DNA of 64,000 nt, taken from contig OZ024751.1 of NCBI GenBank assembly GCA_964016885.1, positions 41,230,001 to 41,294,000 of the forward strand. The letters run 5' to 3'. Positions 39,987 through 53,366 of the stretch are shown here, one piece after another (positions within the stretch are counted from its first letter, which is position 1; each line of letters starts with the position of its first letter). This DNA comes from Eledone cirrhosa. Lineage: Eukaryota. The position numbers and the translations under genes are program-made. The notes below the pieces were generated by a model. It did no database searches. It was not told the origin of the DNA and saw only the letters and a program-made list of their open reading frames with translations.

Positions 39987-40335
39987 GGAGGCACATGGCT
40001 TAGTGGTTAGAGCATTGGCCTTGCAATCGAAAGGTTGTGAGTTCAATTCTCAGACCGGGTGATGTGTTGTTTCCTTGAGCAAGACACTTTATTTCACATT
40101 GCTCCAGTTTACTCACCTGTAGAAATGAGATGATAGAGACTGGGGTCCCTATCATTCCACTGCAAAGTGGTCGTGGAGGTGCCACGACAAAAAAGCACCC
40201 AGCACTCACTGTAAATGAGATTGGTGTTAGGAAGGGCATCCAGCTGTAGAAATCAAGCCAGAATCAGTTCCCATCCCACCCTTGCAAGCAGGGAAAAGCG
40301 GACGTAAAATGAAATGATGATGATGATGAATGATG
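39987..40335 (+). mobile_element. tRNA-derived SINE, family 2 (RTE-type tail)
   Basis: ggaggcacatggcttagtggttagag (A box), gagttcaattc (B box), ccttgagcaagacact core, tail gcggacgtaaaa(tga)n. Confidence 0.9.
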
Positions 40336-40361
40336 ATACATACATGTACATACATACACAT

Positions 40362-40694
40362 ATCATCATCATCATCATCATCATTTTACATCCACTTTTC
40401 CCTGCTTGCAAGGGTGGGATGGGAACTGATTCTGGCTTGATTTCTACAGCTGGATGCCCTTCCTAACACCAACCTCATTTACAGTGAGTGCTGGGGGCTT
40501 TTTTGCCGTGGCACCTCAACGACCATAATAGGGACCCCAGTCCCTATCATCTCATTTCTACAGGTGAGTAAACTGGAGCAATGTGAAATAAAGTGTCTTG
40601 CTCAAGGAAACAACACATCACCCGGTCTGAGAATTGAACTCACAACCTTTCGATTGCAAGGCCAATGCTCTAACCACTAAGCCATGTGCCTCCA
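40362..40694 (-). mobile_element. tRNA-derived SINE, family 2, inverted partner of 39987-40335
   Basis: Near-perfect reverse complement of the preceding copy. Confidence 0.9.
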
Positions 40695-40801
40695 TATATA
40701 TATACATATGTACATATTACTTTTTATTTTATTTTTACCAATGATTATTTCATTTTTTTTTTTTTAAACATTCTTTTCGTTTATTTCTTTCTGCAAAACA
40801 G

Positions 40802-40957
40802 GCTGAACCATCTCAAGACATCTTCCAAGAATATTTGGCTCTATTTATCATCTTAATGATAATTGGGTTTCTTTGTCTTATACTCCTATTATCCAGCTGT
40901 ATGTACCTCTATTGCCAACGTCATTCGGGCCATTGGGATCGGGCGTTAGCTGAACAG
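40802..40957 (+). CDS. D8C-domain membrane protein, transmembrane exon
   Basis: AEPSQDIFQEYLALFIILMIIGFLCLILLLSSCMYLYCQRHSGHWDRALAEQ; acceptor aacag, donor gtgaga; phase 0-0. Confidence 0.9.
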
Positions 40958-41009
40958 GTGAGAGGAGCAATTATTTCACCTTTATTCCTGCTCTTGACTC
41001 AGTCTGTCA

Positions 41010-41805
41010 ATGTGTGTGTGTATGTGTGTGTGCGCGTATGTGTGTGTCCATGAGTGCGCGTGTATGTGTGTCTGTAAGTGTGTTTGTGTGTATGTGTGTC
41101 CGTGAGTGTGCGTGCATCCGTGAGTGTGTGTGTATGTATATGAGTGTGCGTGCATGTGTGTCCGTGAGTGTGTATGTGTGTCCATGAGTGTGTGTGCTCG
41201 TATGTGTGTCCATGAGTGTGCGTCTGTAAGTGTGTGTGTGTGTGTGTGTATGTGTGTCCGTGAGTGTGCGTGCATCCATGAGTGTGTGCGTGTGTGTATG
41301 TGAGTGTGCGTGCATGTGTCCGTGAGTGTGTGTGTGTCCATGAGTGTGTGTGTATGTGCGCGTATGTGTGTGTCCATGAGTGTGCGTCTGTAAGTGTGTG
41401 TGTGTGTATGTGTGTCCGTGAGTGTGCGTGCATCCGCGAGTGTGTGTGTGTGTGTGTATGTGAGTGTGCGTGCATGTGTGTCCGTGAGTGTGTATGTGTG
41501 TCCATGAGTGTGTGTGTATGTGTGTGTCCGTAAGTGTGCATGTATGTGTGTCCGTAGCGTGCATCCGTGAGTGTGTGTGTATGTGTGTGCGTGCATGTGT
41601 GTCCGTGAGTGTGTATGTGTGTGTGTGTGTCCGTAAGTGTGCATGTATGTGTGTCCGTGACTGTGCGTGCATCCGTGAGTGTGTCCGTGAGTGTGTATGT
41701 GTGTCCATGTGCGTGTGTGTGTGTCCGTAAGTGTGCGTGTATGTGTGTCCGTGACTGTGCGTGCATCCGTGAGTGTGTGTGTATGTGTGCATGTGTGTGA
41801 GTGTA
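41010..41805. repeat. Complex (TG)-rich simple repeat
   Basis: Direct reading. Confidence 0.9.
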
Positions 41806-41852
41806 TAACTCCCATCATTCATTTTTTTTTTATTTCGTATTTTATTCTACAG

Positions 41853-42155
41853 TATCACGTGACAGTAGTCCCTCGTCGAGATGCTCTGATTAATGAAAGC
41901 CCTTACAGTGATGAAGTCATCATTCAAGATGAAAAAGAGACGAACACCCTTGGTAGTTCCTTTGTTAACCCGGAAAATAATTTGAACTACTCTAACAGCA
42001 TCAGAGCGATCAATGACTTGAATAACTTAACCATGAGAAACCACCCGAATGAGTTTAACACACAGCCACTTGATGGAACTGAGGGTTTGGTCATACCAAT
42101 TGACCAGTTCAGACCGGAAAAAGACACTATGAACATTGAGGATACGATTTTATGA
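41853..42155 (+). CDS. D8C-domain membrane protein, last exon (cytoplasmic tail ending DTIL*)
   Basis: ctacag acceptor; YHVTVVPRRD...MNIEDTIL; TGA at 42153-42155. Confidence 0.88.
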   Translation, partial: YHVTVVPRRDALINESPYSDEVIIQDEKETNTLGSSFVNPENNLNYSNSIRAINDLNNLTMRNHPNEFNTQPLDGTEGLVIPIDQFRPEKDTMNIEDTIL

Positions 42156-43067
42156 GCACTCTGCTTGCCATGGTCAAATATTTAGCAAACAGGTTGTTAA
42201 AAACAGAGAGTTCAATAATTCTTTGGACAATCCTTGAGTTTATTTAAATTATCAGGAATAATTTTTTAACTAAAAAAAAAATAATAAAAAAACTACAAAG
42301 AAAACAGGAAAATACAAAACTATCACTACTACTACCATCACTAACGCCCCCACTACTACTACTACCAATAATAACAATGTGTGATAAGCAACAATACCAC
42401 ATTGTGAACACAGAATTGTACCAGGTGACATTAAAAATCAATTCACATAAACCAATTAAAAAAAATAATCATCTAATTTTACAAATCTTTTTTTAAGGAA
42501 TATCAGAAAACTCGAATTACTTTTGTTAAGTATATAGCCCGATAATGGCTACTTGTTACAAAACAACATTGTGATGTAATAATATTTATATCGGAATAAC
42601 AAAACTCTCTGTAAACTAAGCAATAACATAAGACCTACCTGCAAAAAATTTGAAGTGTAATACACAGTAATTTTATAGGACTTTCTTACAGAATACCGTG
42701 AGACATGCTGTAGTTACATGAGAAATACTTAGAGAAGATAGGTCTATATAGGAATTACATAGATCATAGTAGGACATGCTGTAGTTACACAAGAAATATA
42801 AATAGAATGGTATCTAGGCGTTATATAGAGCGTAGCTACAGGGGTGCATTCCTGAAAAATTTGTGTAACATGGAATTTCGTAACACAAAATATATTTTTC
42901 CGTTGTCTTCCGTGTTATAGAGATGTATTCCAACAGAAATTGTTGGAAAAAAAACAGACAAAATTCAACCAGTTTCAGGAAACCAGGAAATTCCCTGTAT
43001 ATATATATATATATATATATACAGGGAATAACTACTCACACAAAAGTCATTCTTAGCATTTTTCATC

Positions 43068-43107
<40 letters not shown>

Positions 43108-43216
43108 TGAAAAATGCTAAGAATGACTTTTGTGTGAGTAGTTATTCCATAAATGTCATTATCATTTTTCAAATATTTTCCTGTACCAGGGATTAAACAT
43201 TTTTTACTACACACAT

Positions 43217-43260
<44 letters not shown>

Positions 43261-44681
43261 ACGCATATATATACATATAAATTTGATAGCCTGAGCCAAT
43301 ACTAGCTGAAACCTATGTCTAACTTAATAGCATCACCATATATATATATATATTTATATATATATTGATTCGATAGGTCTCGATATATATATATATATAT
43401 ATGTTTCGATATATATATATAAAGTTATTTCTCACTAATGTAAAGAAAATCTCAATAAATGATAGCTAAAAATATCACTTAGAGATATAAACATATATAG
43501 AATAACTTCTAGAAAGTTAGCCATTCCTGGTAGAATGACTTAAAATAATCCTGGTCTTCCATTAATCTTGCCATTCCTGCAGTTTCCACTAAGACAATAT
43601 TGGTCATTCTATTACATAAAATAAACCAACGTTGAAGACTGTTTCGTCAGATGGCATTCTTTGAAAGTATAAATTAATATTTACCTGTTAATAAACAGAA
43701 CAATACTTGTAAATTTAAGTGAAAAAAAATTAACAATCGAATTCTTCACACCATTCCAGGACAATTTTAAAGAGAAGTTCATTTTTCTACTTACAAAATT
43801 TGTTTGCAATTAATTTCTTTTCCCTATATTCTTATGTTAATAACTTTACTTGTATTGTTCCTTGGAGAGGCTTTTGTTAAGTTTTTTTGGAGGTTTTTTC
43901 ATCTCGCATTTTGCATTGTTTTCTTTTTTCTTCTGCCAAGATATTCCCTACTCTTATTAATAACATTTTTAACGATTAATTTCCTGGTTGAATACAAGAG
44001 AAAACATAACTATTTCAGCTGTACTTTAAAAAATTTTCCATTCATTTTATTTTAATCTTTGCTTGTAATTTAGATATCTAAAGCATCCGAGTTTAACTAC
44101 ACTGAAGCTGCAGATATATAATATATATATATTTGAAGCATCAAGTCCTCGTTTCATATATTTTTTATTGTATTATATTTATTTTATTTTTAATAAAAAG
44201 ACTAGCTTATAATATATCCTGCTTCTTTTTAATCATTGCATATATATATAAATGAAAGTATAGAAATTTTTGTGAGCATGAAGCCAACAGTATTTCATAA
44301 TATATAAGTGACTATAACGTCAAAATGGAAAAATAATTAACGTAAGATGTGGGAAAATAATTCAAACTCAATTAAAAAAATAAAAATCAAGACATAGATT
44401 TAACCACAGATTTTGTGAAATCCAGGGGAAAAAAAAAGAGCCTTAACTCTGAATAAAATAAAGTTTAAATACAAATCCTTCAATTTGGAAAAACTACAAA
44501 TGCTCTATATAGTCTTAAAAAGACTATTTCATGAAACTTTCAGTGGGGATGGTCACGGTTGGAATCGTTCATCTGTAGAGCTCAAACACGGAAACCCTAG
44601 TTCCACTGCTAGAATATGCCAAAAAGGGAATTTAAAAGCAGGCTAGTTCACCTCGTGCGTAATTATGAAAATAAACACAGA

Positions 44682-45030
44682 TGGAGGCACATGGCTTAGT
44701 GGTTAGAGCATTGGCCCTGCAATCGAAAGGTTGTGAGTTCAATTCTCAGACCGGGCAATGTGTTGTTTCCTTGAGCAAGACACTTTATTTCACATTGCTC
44801 TAGTTTACTCAGCTGTAGAAATGAGATGATAGGGACTGGGGTCCCTATCATTCCACTGTAAAGTGGACGTGGAGGTGCCATGGCAAAAAAGCACCCAGCA
44901 CTCACTGCAAATGAGGTTGGTGTTAGGAAGGGCATCCAGCTGTAGAAATCAAGCCAGAATCAGTTCCCGTCCCACCCTTGCAAGCAGGGAAAAAGCGGAC
45001 GTAAAATGAAATGATGATGATGATGATGAT
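44682..45030 (+). mobile_element. tRNA-derived SINE, family 2
   Basis: Near-identical to 39987-40335; (gat)n tail. Confidence 0.9.
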
Positions 45031-48000
45031 GGAGAGACATGGCTGGTGACGGCAGAATGAGACGAATGTCTATTTACAAGAAACAGTAGTCAAAAAACAT
45101 TCCGAAAAAACTCTACAAAATGTAAGGAGTTCAGTAAAATAGCAATATATTTCTTGGCTTATATATATATATATATATATAAGCCAAGAAATATATGACA
45201 AAAAAGAAAATCAATAACAAAATGGGATCGACTTATGTTTTAGGTCAATATTTTTGCCAAATTTAAAATACTACATAAATGAGGTGCTAAAATATTTTTA
45301 CTGTGGAAGTGAATATTACAAGTTTCACTTTCGATGAGAAATTTATATTTCCTATTGTTTTGATATGTTTTGCTTGAATATGACCTTCAACAGTTGGAGA
45401 TTGATAAAAAATTATTTACGTAATGAAGATGTGAAACTAAAACTATACTCTAAAGATTTTAAATACTTCAAAGATTTTAAATATCAAAATATTAAAACTT
45501 CATAAATATAATCTTCCACTCATGAGAATTCCCAAACCGTGCCATCTAAACCATTTATGTGTTGATTAGGTACTTCAGCTTATACACAGGGTTTGGAATA
45601 TTACCCATTTCTCAGACATAAAATAGTGGGGCTCGACTTGTATTCCGAGTATATACAGTAAATAAAAAACCCTTAACACTTTGTTAGATTAAATATTTCA
45701 TATATAAAGTTATAGTCCCACCTTGGAGAATTCTGTTACTCAGAGTTTCATGTCCATAGGACCACGAAACTCTGAATGATATAATGCTGAAAGAATGAAA
45801 TACCATATTTATGTGTATGTATATTGTCTCTATATTTGTCATAATAGAGACCATCTATCTCTACACTGTGATACTAAAAAAAAAAAAGAAATATTTTATA
45901 AAATATATCAATTACCACCACCATCACCACCTCCCCCACTACCATCATTATATAACTTGCCACAAGTGTTGAATATCAATTTATTATTAATGACCTAAGT
46001 GACTTTAAGACGTTCTCTCTCACATACATACACATATAATGGGTGTGGTGCAAATATGTCTAAGCATGCAGAAATAATGAGTTGTGACAAAATACTCTCT
46101 TTTTAGATTTTAATTTATCTGTCTAAAGCTATCTTTCCAAATATGTTGAGAGTGAAACATATAGCACATTATTTTTCCCCACTACCTACTAAAACAGACC
46201 ATTAAATAAATAATATGACATAAGGTTAAAATGCTCACTTATAACGTTGATGAAACAAAAACTAAGTTACTACTTTACTTAACTGAAGATTGTTGCCAAA
46301 GATAAATAAAAAATGATTAACTCTTAATGTCCTGTATTGTATGAACCCACATTAGCAAGATATTATTGATAAGTAAAAATTACTGCATCACATTAAAAAT
46401 TAAAGTTTTTACTTTAATACAGCAATTTTTCACACCAATCTGTCCAATAGTAAAGATACTATAAACATTTCAATCGACAAACTTGTTTTTAATTCTTTTC
46501 TTCTAAATCATTATAGGGTAGACTGGGTGATTTTCTTTTTTTTGGTATTAGTAGAAACCCCAACTTCCAGAGGGTCCTATCAGATGTAACCATCTCCAAA
46601 TGATCTGGCTGGACTCCAAGTGAGACCAACCAAACTTATGGTTGTAATTGAACCATCTTGCTTGTGGTCTACCTCTGGGTTTCCTGCCAGTTGGTGTTGC
46701 CCATAAAATCTGTCATCCGATTATTTCCTTAGACATTCTAATCTCATGTCCATATTACTGGAGCTGTAATTTCTCAATGTGGAGAAGTAGCAGCTCTACC
46801 AGACATCAATAATTTCAGATGTAAATAACAGTCATACCTTTCTTTTATTAAAGTTTAACAAATGAGAAGTGTCTGGTTACCTCCAACAACATATTAATGA
46901 CTTTATCATCATCATCGTTATCACCATTTAATATCCATTTTTCCATGCTAGCATGGGTTAAACGAGCTGTCCCATTGTGAGACAAGTTAACTCAGATGAC
47001 TGTGTCTTGCTCATACAGAACTGTTTCTAGGTGGAATATATAAAATGTTACATTCTTCTTTGTCTTCTTCGTCTTGGTTCTGTAACTCCTGATGAAGTCA
47101 GAGGGATGCCATAGTGACATACAGCGTTTCTTGGGCACTTGAATCCTGGCGGAGCCCATCCCACTCCAGGTTATATAAAATAATTTAAATATAAAATAAT
47201 TTAAATACAAACACAGAAAAAAGAAAAAAGAATTTAATGAAAATATAAAGTCAATAGAAAAATGTAAGTTTAAAATTCATTGAAATTGAAATGTATTGTT
47301 TATGGATGAAGCCACTCGCTTTGTCAAGCAATGAAGTTCTCACAAGATATCACAGAATAGAATCAGTGGTTCCATTGAAGAAAGATGTATCAATAAGATA
47401 TTATCAAGAAGTCAGCTGCTCTATAGAGGAATAGAATACTGCCAAGAGGTGATAGAACTAATAGCTCTGTTTGAAGATGTAAACATTGACTAGATTGATG
47501 GCACAGAAGTCTTTCAAAGAAGTAGGCACTGACTAGATGTTATGGAATAAGTATGGGTATGGACGAGTAGCTCCTACTGGAGTCGTAGGGACACTGTAGT
47601 GATATACAACGTGTCTTAGGGAATTTTAAAACCTGGCAGAGTCCATTCCCACTCCAGGTGTGAACACAACCAATTTCTTCCAGGGAAGGAGATAGAGAGG
47701 AAGTGAGAAAGAGATATTGAGGAAGAAACAGTACTGGACGTGTTTTATTACCAACCTCGGAATGATGAGAGGTAAAGTGAACCTGTGCGGGTTTTGAACT
47801 CAGAGCACAGAGAGACAGAATAAATACTGCAGAGTATTCTATCCGACATACTAACAACTCTGCCAATTTGCCATCACTCCATCCATGGAATTAGTAATTT
47901 AATCAAAGAAGTAGATATAACAATATTTCTACAAAGAAATGCAAAACTGTTATTTCACAGAGCCATAGATCTGTTTCAGAAAATATTGTTTTGATGTTTG

Positions 48001-48128
48001 ATTTGAAATGTATATGAAAGTCAGGTAAGTGAAACTATGAAAAAACAAACTCATTGGAGTTCAATTATAAAAAAAAAAAAGTAAAAGGCATAGTGTTGAT
48101 GTACAAAGTTATTGTAGAACTGGCAGTT

Positions 48129-48297
48129 CTATCCAGGAATGTAATTCTTAGATGTAGTTGAATTAGTAGTGTTTGATGAATTTTGAACGGCTAAAAGATT
48201 CCTCTTTGCAACTCCAGCACTAATCAATTCTTCTGCAATGTTCTTCTCTGGTGTTTGGTATGTATCATAAAGGTCAATGTACATGCGTCTAGATATT
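48129..48297 (-). CDS. CCCH-Tudor protein, last exon
   Basis: ISRRMYIDLYDT...NIAEELISAGVAK...NYIPG*; resembles the SN-like C-terminal part of an extended Tudor; tttgtag acceptor. Confidence 0.88.
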
Positions 48298-48480
48298 CTA
48301 CAAAAGTGAAGAGGTAAAATATAAAACATTATCATCATATACATCTGGAGGACAAACATTTGAGCCTAAGAGGTAAAATATAAAGCATTAACATCATATA
48401 CCATCTGGAGGATTTGAGCCTATTCAGATCAATGAAAATTAAAAGAGATAATGACACAGCATTATTATTATATACACCAG

Positions 48481-48665
48481 GGCGGTGGATTGGCAGTATC
48501 GGTAGAGAGTCGGACGCCATGCTTTCCAGCATAGTCACGTCCCTTTACGATCGAGTTCAAATCCCGCCAAGGTTGACTTTGCCTTTCATCCTTACGGGGT
48601 CGATAAAATAAAGTACCAGTAACACACTGGGATAATTGCTGGCCTTGTGCCAAAAGTAGAAACAA
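48481..48665 (+). mobile_element. tRNA-derived SINE, family 1
   Basis: Full consensus copy. Confidence 0.88.
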
Positions 48666-49199
48666 TTATTATTATATATATATGATGATGATGATTACTT
48701 ATATCACAATACTTTGTATTTATATTCAACTCTTTCATTATCATATATCTAATGAAAGATACTGCCTATGATTTTCAAGTAATTTTGAAAATAGTCAGGA
48801 ATTTGAAGAGATTTAGTAATAAAACAATTGTTCAAAGATGTTTACGATTTGCAGGACATTGCGCGAGAAGTAAGCAAGAAGTTATATACAAGTTACTGTG
48901 TTCAGACTTGGAGAGAAATGTGCTCCACCGGGTTTCAAATATCCAAGACACACTGTATGCCATGACAGCACTCTTATGATTCCACCAGCAATTAAGGGCT
49001 CATGGTATGATATCAAAGAAAAAGGCAGTAAAAAAAAAGACAAGAAATTGTAAAAATATTAAATGAAGTTCACTATTATCCCAAAAGGAGTTGAAACAAT
49101 ACCACCAGGTAACATGAAGGTAGGGATGATAATGGCTTTACTAAAAACAGTCAAAAACTAATATCACAAATCAAAATGGTAAGTGGAATATTTACTTAC

Positions 49200-49256
49200 A
49201 TGGCTTTGATGGATGCAACTAAAACTTTGTCATCAACCAATTCCAGGAAATAATCC
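49200..49256 (-). CDS. CCCH-Tudor protein, exon (DYFLELVDDKVLVASIKAI)
   Basis: tttcag acceptor and gtaagt donor; phase 2-2. Confidence 0.88.
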
Positions 49257-49283
49257 CTGAAAAATAATGAAAACAGGCATTAA

Positions 49284-49489
49284 CCATTTAGCATTTACAT
49301 TACTCTATAGCTACTATAGTATTTTTATGGTAAAGGATTTATCTTACATAATTATCTCACATAATATCGAATTTACAAAATTTTGAGAACAATACATTAA
49401 CATAAGTAGGAGCAGCCGATTACAGCCAGTTTGAAAAGAAAGAGATGAGAGATTTCTGGCCGGATATGGCCAGTTTAAATGCTAAAGGG
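49284..49489. mobile_element. piggyBac-type MITE
   Basis: TTAA-ccatttagcattta...taaatgctaaaggg-TTAA. Confidence 0.8.
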
Positions 49490-49558
49490 TTAAATGATGG
49501 TCATGATAATGTTGATGATGATGAAAAAATGCCAAACTGAAATGTTTCTGATGCATAC

Positions 49559-49716
49559 TTCACTTCCTGGATCCACAGGCCATCCTCAGAGGCTGATACA
49601 ATACCATTAAGACAACATTCCACAGATTGGTGGGGAAGATGAGTAAACTGAACATCAAGTGGCTGAATATTTTCTTCTGGGACCCATTGGACATTTCCAA
49701 AATCAATGAAGAATAC
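49559..49716 (-). CDS. CCCH-Tudor protein, Tudor core exon 2
   Basis: VFFIDFGNVQWVPEENIQPLDVQFTHLPHQSVECCLNGI...W; ttttag acceptor and gtatgc donor. Confidence 0.93.
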
Positions 49717-49869
49717 CTAAAAAGAGAAAAAGATTATATAAAGTTGAGAAAATTTCTTTTTCCTGTAAACACCTTTTATTTATATATTTTTTTCAAAGAT
49801 GGTGGAGGCAAAAGGACTAGTGGTTAGGTCTTATGAGGATGGGAAGAGACCCAGGACCATGGAAATGGA

Positions 49870-50210
49870 TCATCATCATCATCATCGTTTTACATCCGCA
49901 TGGGTTAGACGGGTTGTTCTGTTGTGGGCAGTGTCCAGTCGGCTGACCTTGTCTTGCTCATACGGGAACTGATTCTGGCTCACTTCTACAGCTGGATGCG
50001 CTTCCTAATACCAACCTCATTTACAGTGAGTGCTGGGTGCTTTTTTTCCATGGCGCCTACACGTCCACTTTACAGTGTGGGCTGGGTGCTTTTTTTGCCA
50101 TGGCACCTCCACGACCACTTTGCAGTGGGAGGGGGTATATTGTCTATATGCTTCAGCTTGTACCCATGGGAGGTCGGGTACTCTGTATTACTGCGTGACA
50201 CCAGAGGTCA
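49870..50210 (-). mobile_element. RTE LINE 3' UTR fragment
   Basis: Reverse complement of about 59430-59780. Confidence 0.8.
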
Positions 50211-50266
50211 TATAAAAAAAAAAAAGAATAAGGTGGCACAATATTTAGAACATTGAAGGTCCTTAC

Positions 50267-50411
50267 CTTTACCATATCTATAACATCATTTACTTCACAA
50301 ATACGACCTCTGTACCAGTCTTGATCAACAACAGCTCGGGCAGCAACCAATTCTCCAATACCCCAAAATAGATTCTCCTCCGGTTTCGGTAATGACAATT
50401 TATAAAACTCT
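50267..50411 (-). CDS. CCCH-Tudor protein, Tudor core exon 1
   Basis: EFYKLSLP...GELVAARAVVDQDWYRGRICEVNDVIDMVK; ttacag acceptor and gtaagg donor. Confidence 0.93.
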
Positions 50412-50862
50412 CTGTAAGACAAAATAGAGAAGTATTAGCTAAGATATAAATATAAAAATAAACCTACATAAATTGCTATGTTGCTTTAATTAATGTTCTG
50501 CCAAGGTTGACTTTGCCTTTCATCCTTAGAGTCGATAAAATGAAGTACCAGTAATACACTAGGGTTAATTTAATTGACTTTCCCCTCCCCCAAAATTGCT
50601 GACCTTGTGCCTATTGTAGAAATCATTATTTAATTTGTGTAAGGGCAGTGGATTAACAGTAATAGGTAGAGCGTCGGACAACATGCTTTGCAGCATAGAG
50701 TTATATCCCTTTACATTCTAAGCTTAGATCTCACCAAGGTTAGCTTTGCCTTTCATCCTTACAGGGTCGATAAAATAAAGTACCAGTAACATACTGGGGT
50801 TGATTTGATCGACTTTCCCCTACCCACAAATTGTTGGCCTTATGCCTAAATCAGAAACTTTG

Positions 50863-50894
<32 letters not shown>

Positions 50895-50903
<9 letters not shown>

Positions 50904-51270
50904 TAAGTATTAATAAAATAGATGTTCTTTTGATCAATTACATTTTATTATACATATTTTGGATGTACAACAGTACGTCCTCATCAGACAAAATAGTAGT
51001 AGACAAAATAGTAGTACCTTGATTAAATCTTAACCATTTAACATCTCAGGGTATGTCATGTATCATTATATTTTGTCTGATGAGAACGTACTGTTGTACA
51101 TCCGAAATATGTATAATAAAATGTAATTGATCAAAAGAACATCTATTTTATTAATACTTATATTTTAATATTAATAACTCCAGAAAATTATTTTTTTCAG
51201 TTGAGTGCTTCCAATCTACTGTAAAACTCATTCTTTGACATAATCATTGAATATTGTTTAACAATTTAAT
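50895..51270. mobile_element. PLE-like inverted terminus with hammerheads at 51071-51121 (+) and 50944-50993 (-, GAAA mutated to AAAA)
   Basis: ttttgt CTGATGA gaacgtac tgtt gtacatcc GAAA tatgtata ataaaa; arms about 50895-50995 and 51069-51168. Confidence 0.75.
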
Positions 51271-51288
51271 ATATATATATACACATAT

Positions 51289-51402
51289 GCAGGGTGTCCC
51301 CCCAAAAATGTATATACACTTTGATTACCTGTACATGCAATAATTATTAGCATGCTGTTGAAGTGTGTACATATTTATATATTTTGGGAGGAGACATCCT
51401 GT
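51289..51402. mobile_element. Short Tc1-type MITE
   Basis: cagggtgtccccccaaaaat...attttgggaggagacatcctg inverted termini amid TA tracts. Confidence 0.55.
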
Positions 51403-51405
51403 GTT

Positions 51406-51441
<36 letters not shown>

Positions 51442-51934
51442 AAACATATAATTGTTTCTACTTTTGGCACAAGGCCGGCAATTACCCAGTGTATTACTGG
51501 TACTTTATTTTATCGACCCCGTAAGGATGAAAGGCAAAGTTAACCTCGGCGGGATTTGAACTCAGATCGTAAAGGGGCGTAACTATGCTGGAAAGCATGG
51601 CGCCCAACCCTCTACCAATACTGCCAATCCACTAAAACATATAATATATATATAATATATATATCATCATCATCATTTTCAAACATCCATTATCCCTGAT
51701 AGCAAGAGTTGGACAACAAAAAGTAGTAAGTGGACAAATAATGATAGTACTAAGTTAACATGTATTTGTAATGTGACCAAAACAATAGCTTAAAATATTC
51801 TTAGAAAGTAATTGAAAAACACTATAAATAGCATTACAGTGATTATAGATGAAAAGATGATTTATAGAGTAATTAGAGACTAAAAACTAAACTAATACAA
51901 AATAATACAAATTATGGAAGTGAGGGTGTTGGCA

Positions 51935-52470
51935 GTGGTGGTGGTGGTGGTGGTAGTGGTGGTAGTAGTGGTGGTGGTTGGTGGTGGTTGGTGGTGGTTG
52001 GTGGTGGTTGGTGGTGGTTGGTGGTGGTTGGTGGTGTTGGTGGTTAGTGGTGGTGGTAGTGGTTGGTGGTGGTGATAGTAGTGGTGGTAGTGGTTGGTGG
52101 TGGTGATAGTAGTGGTGGTTGGTGGTGGTGGCAGTGGTGTTGACAGTGGTGATGGTGGTGGTGACGGTGGTGCTGGTGGTGGTAGTGATGGTGATGATGG
52201 TGGTGGTGATGGTGGTGGTGATGGTGGTGGTGATGGTGGTGGTGATGGTGGTGGTGATGGTGGTGGTGATGGTGGTGGTGATGGTGGTGGTGATGGTGGT
52301 GGTGATGGTGGTGGTGATGGTGGTGGTGATGGTGGTGGTGATGGTGGTGGTGGTGGTGGTGATGGTGGTGAAGGTAGTGGTGGTGGTGGTGAAGGTAGTG
52401 GTGGTGGTGAAGGTAGTGGTGGTGGTGGTGCAGTGGTGGTGGTGTTACTGGTGGTAGTAGTGGTGGTGTT
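51935..52470. repeat. (GGT)n-type trinucleotide repeat
   Basis: Direct reading. Confidence 0.95.
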
Positions 52471-52549
52471 ATTAAGACTTATACAAACAGAAAGATGTAA
52501 TAATATGATATCACATATAAAACTATATAGTAAAAGATTTTTCAACAAA

Positions 52550-52822
52550 TATAGCTGGGATACCAGAGGCTTCCCTTCACAGCTTGAGCCAGCAAGGCTT
52601 GACTGAGAAGATGGCAGAAAGCCAGACAGCATTATGATCCTGCCATTCCATCATGGTAGGTCTCTCATCTGGGATGTAACATGCAATTAAATCTTCTCCA
52701 GCAACAACCAGGTGTATTTGGCGACATACCCAGGCTTTGTTGTTCAATAAGATGAAGATCGCAAACTGTCAAATTATCGGTTGTGCTCTGATAGGTCTGT
52801 CATCAAATCTGTAATGGTGGAA
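52550..52822 (+). mobile_element. Degraded CRE/RLE-type non-LTR retrotransposon endonuclease remnant
   Basis: Translates as GFPSQLEPARLD*EDGRKPDSIMILPFHHGRSLIWDVTC, resembling the EP..L.R.DG.RPDG...WD.TC motif. Confidence 0.6.
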
Positions 52823-53065
52823 GTGGAGGCACATGGCCCAGTGGTAAGGGTGTTGGACTTCTGATCATAATGTCATGGGTTTCATTCCTGGACTGGGTTG
52901 TGTGTTCTTGAGCAAAATACTTCACTTCACATTGCTCCAGTACTAGCAGTAGCTGGAAGTTTAACCTTGCGATGGACTGGCATCTTGTCCAGGGTGAAGT
53001 CTTGTACTCCCAGTTGCTTAACGTCGCAGAAACCAGGATAAGTACTGGCCTGAGACAGACTTTAG
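52823..53065 (+). mobile_element. tRNA-derived SINE, third family (gcgatggactggcatc core)
   Basis: ggaggcacatggcccagtggtaag head, ttcttgagcaaaatact core, gcagaaaccagg tail. Confidence 0.7.
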
Positions 53066-53317
53066 ACTGTAATGATGGAGACTTTAAACATTATTAGTCC
53101 CTGGATCATTTCCCTACTCACTACTGTTGTGGTGTCTATACATAAAATATTTTCTTCTAAATGCAAACACTAGAATTTACAACAAAAGACATTCCATTCT
53201 GGCAAACATGGAAAATAGAGGCAAGACAATAAAAACAAGGAAAAAATAATAGAAGACCTCCAATAGTTTTTAAGGTTTAAAAGAAAAGGAAAAAAAGAGA
53301 GAGAAAAAGGCACATAC

Positions 53318-53366
53318 TGTAAATCTCTCTGTAGATCTGCCAAAGTTTCCCCTTTGTCCTGACAAT
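53318..53366 (-). CDS. CCCH-Tudor protein, small exon (DCQDKGETLADLQRDLQ)
   Basis: aacag acceptor and gtatgt donor; 49 nt, phase 1-2, exactly bridges its neighbours. Confidence 0.8.

Noticed and set aside
39987-40062. tRNA gene
   Set aside because: A and B boxes are present, but it continues into a SINE core and LINE tail and is multi-copy
51892-52632. Pro-rich or Gly-rich extensin-like ORFs
   Set aside because: (GGT)n repeat inside a Tudor gene intron; the flanking exons already join in phase without it
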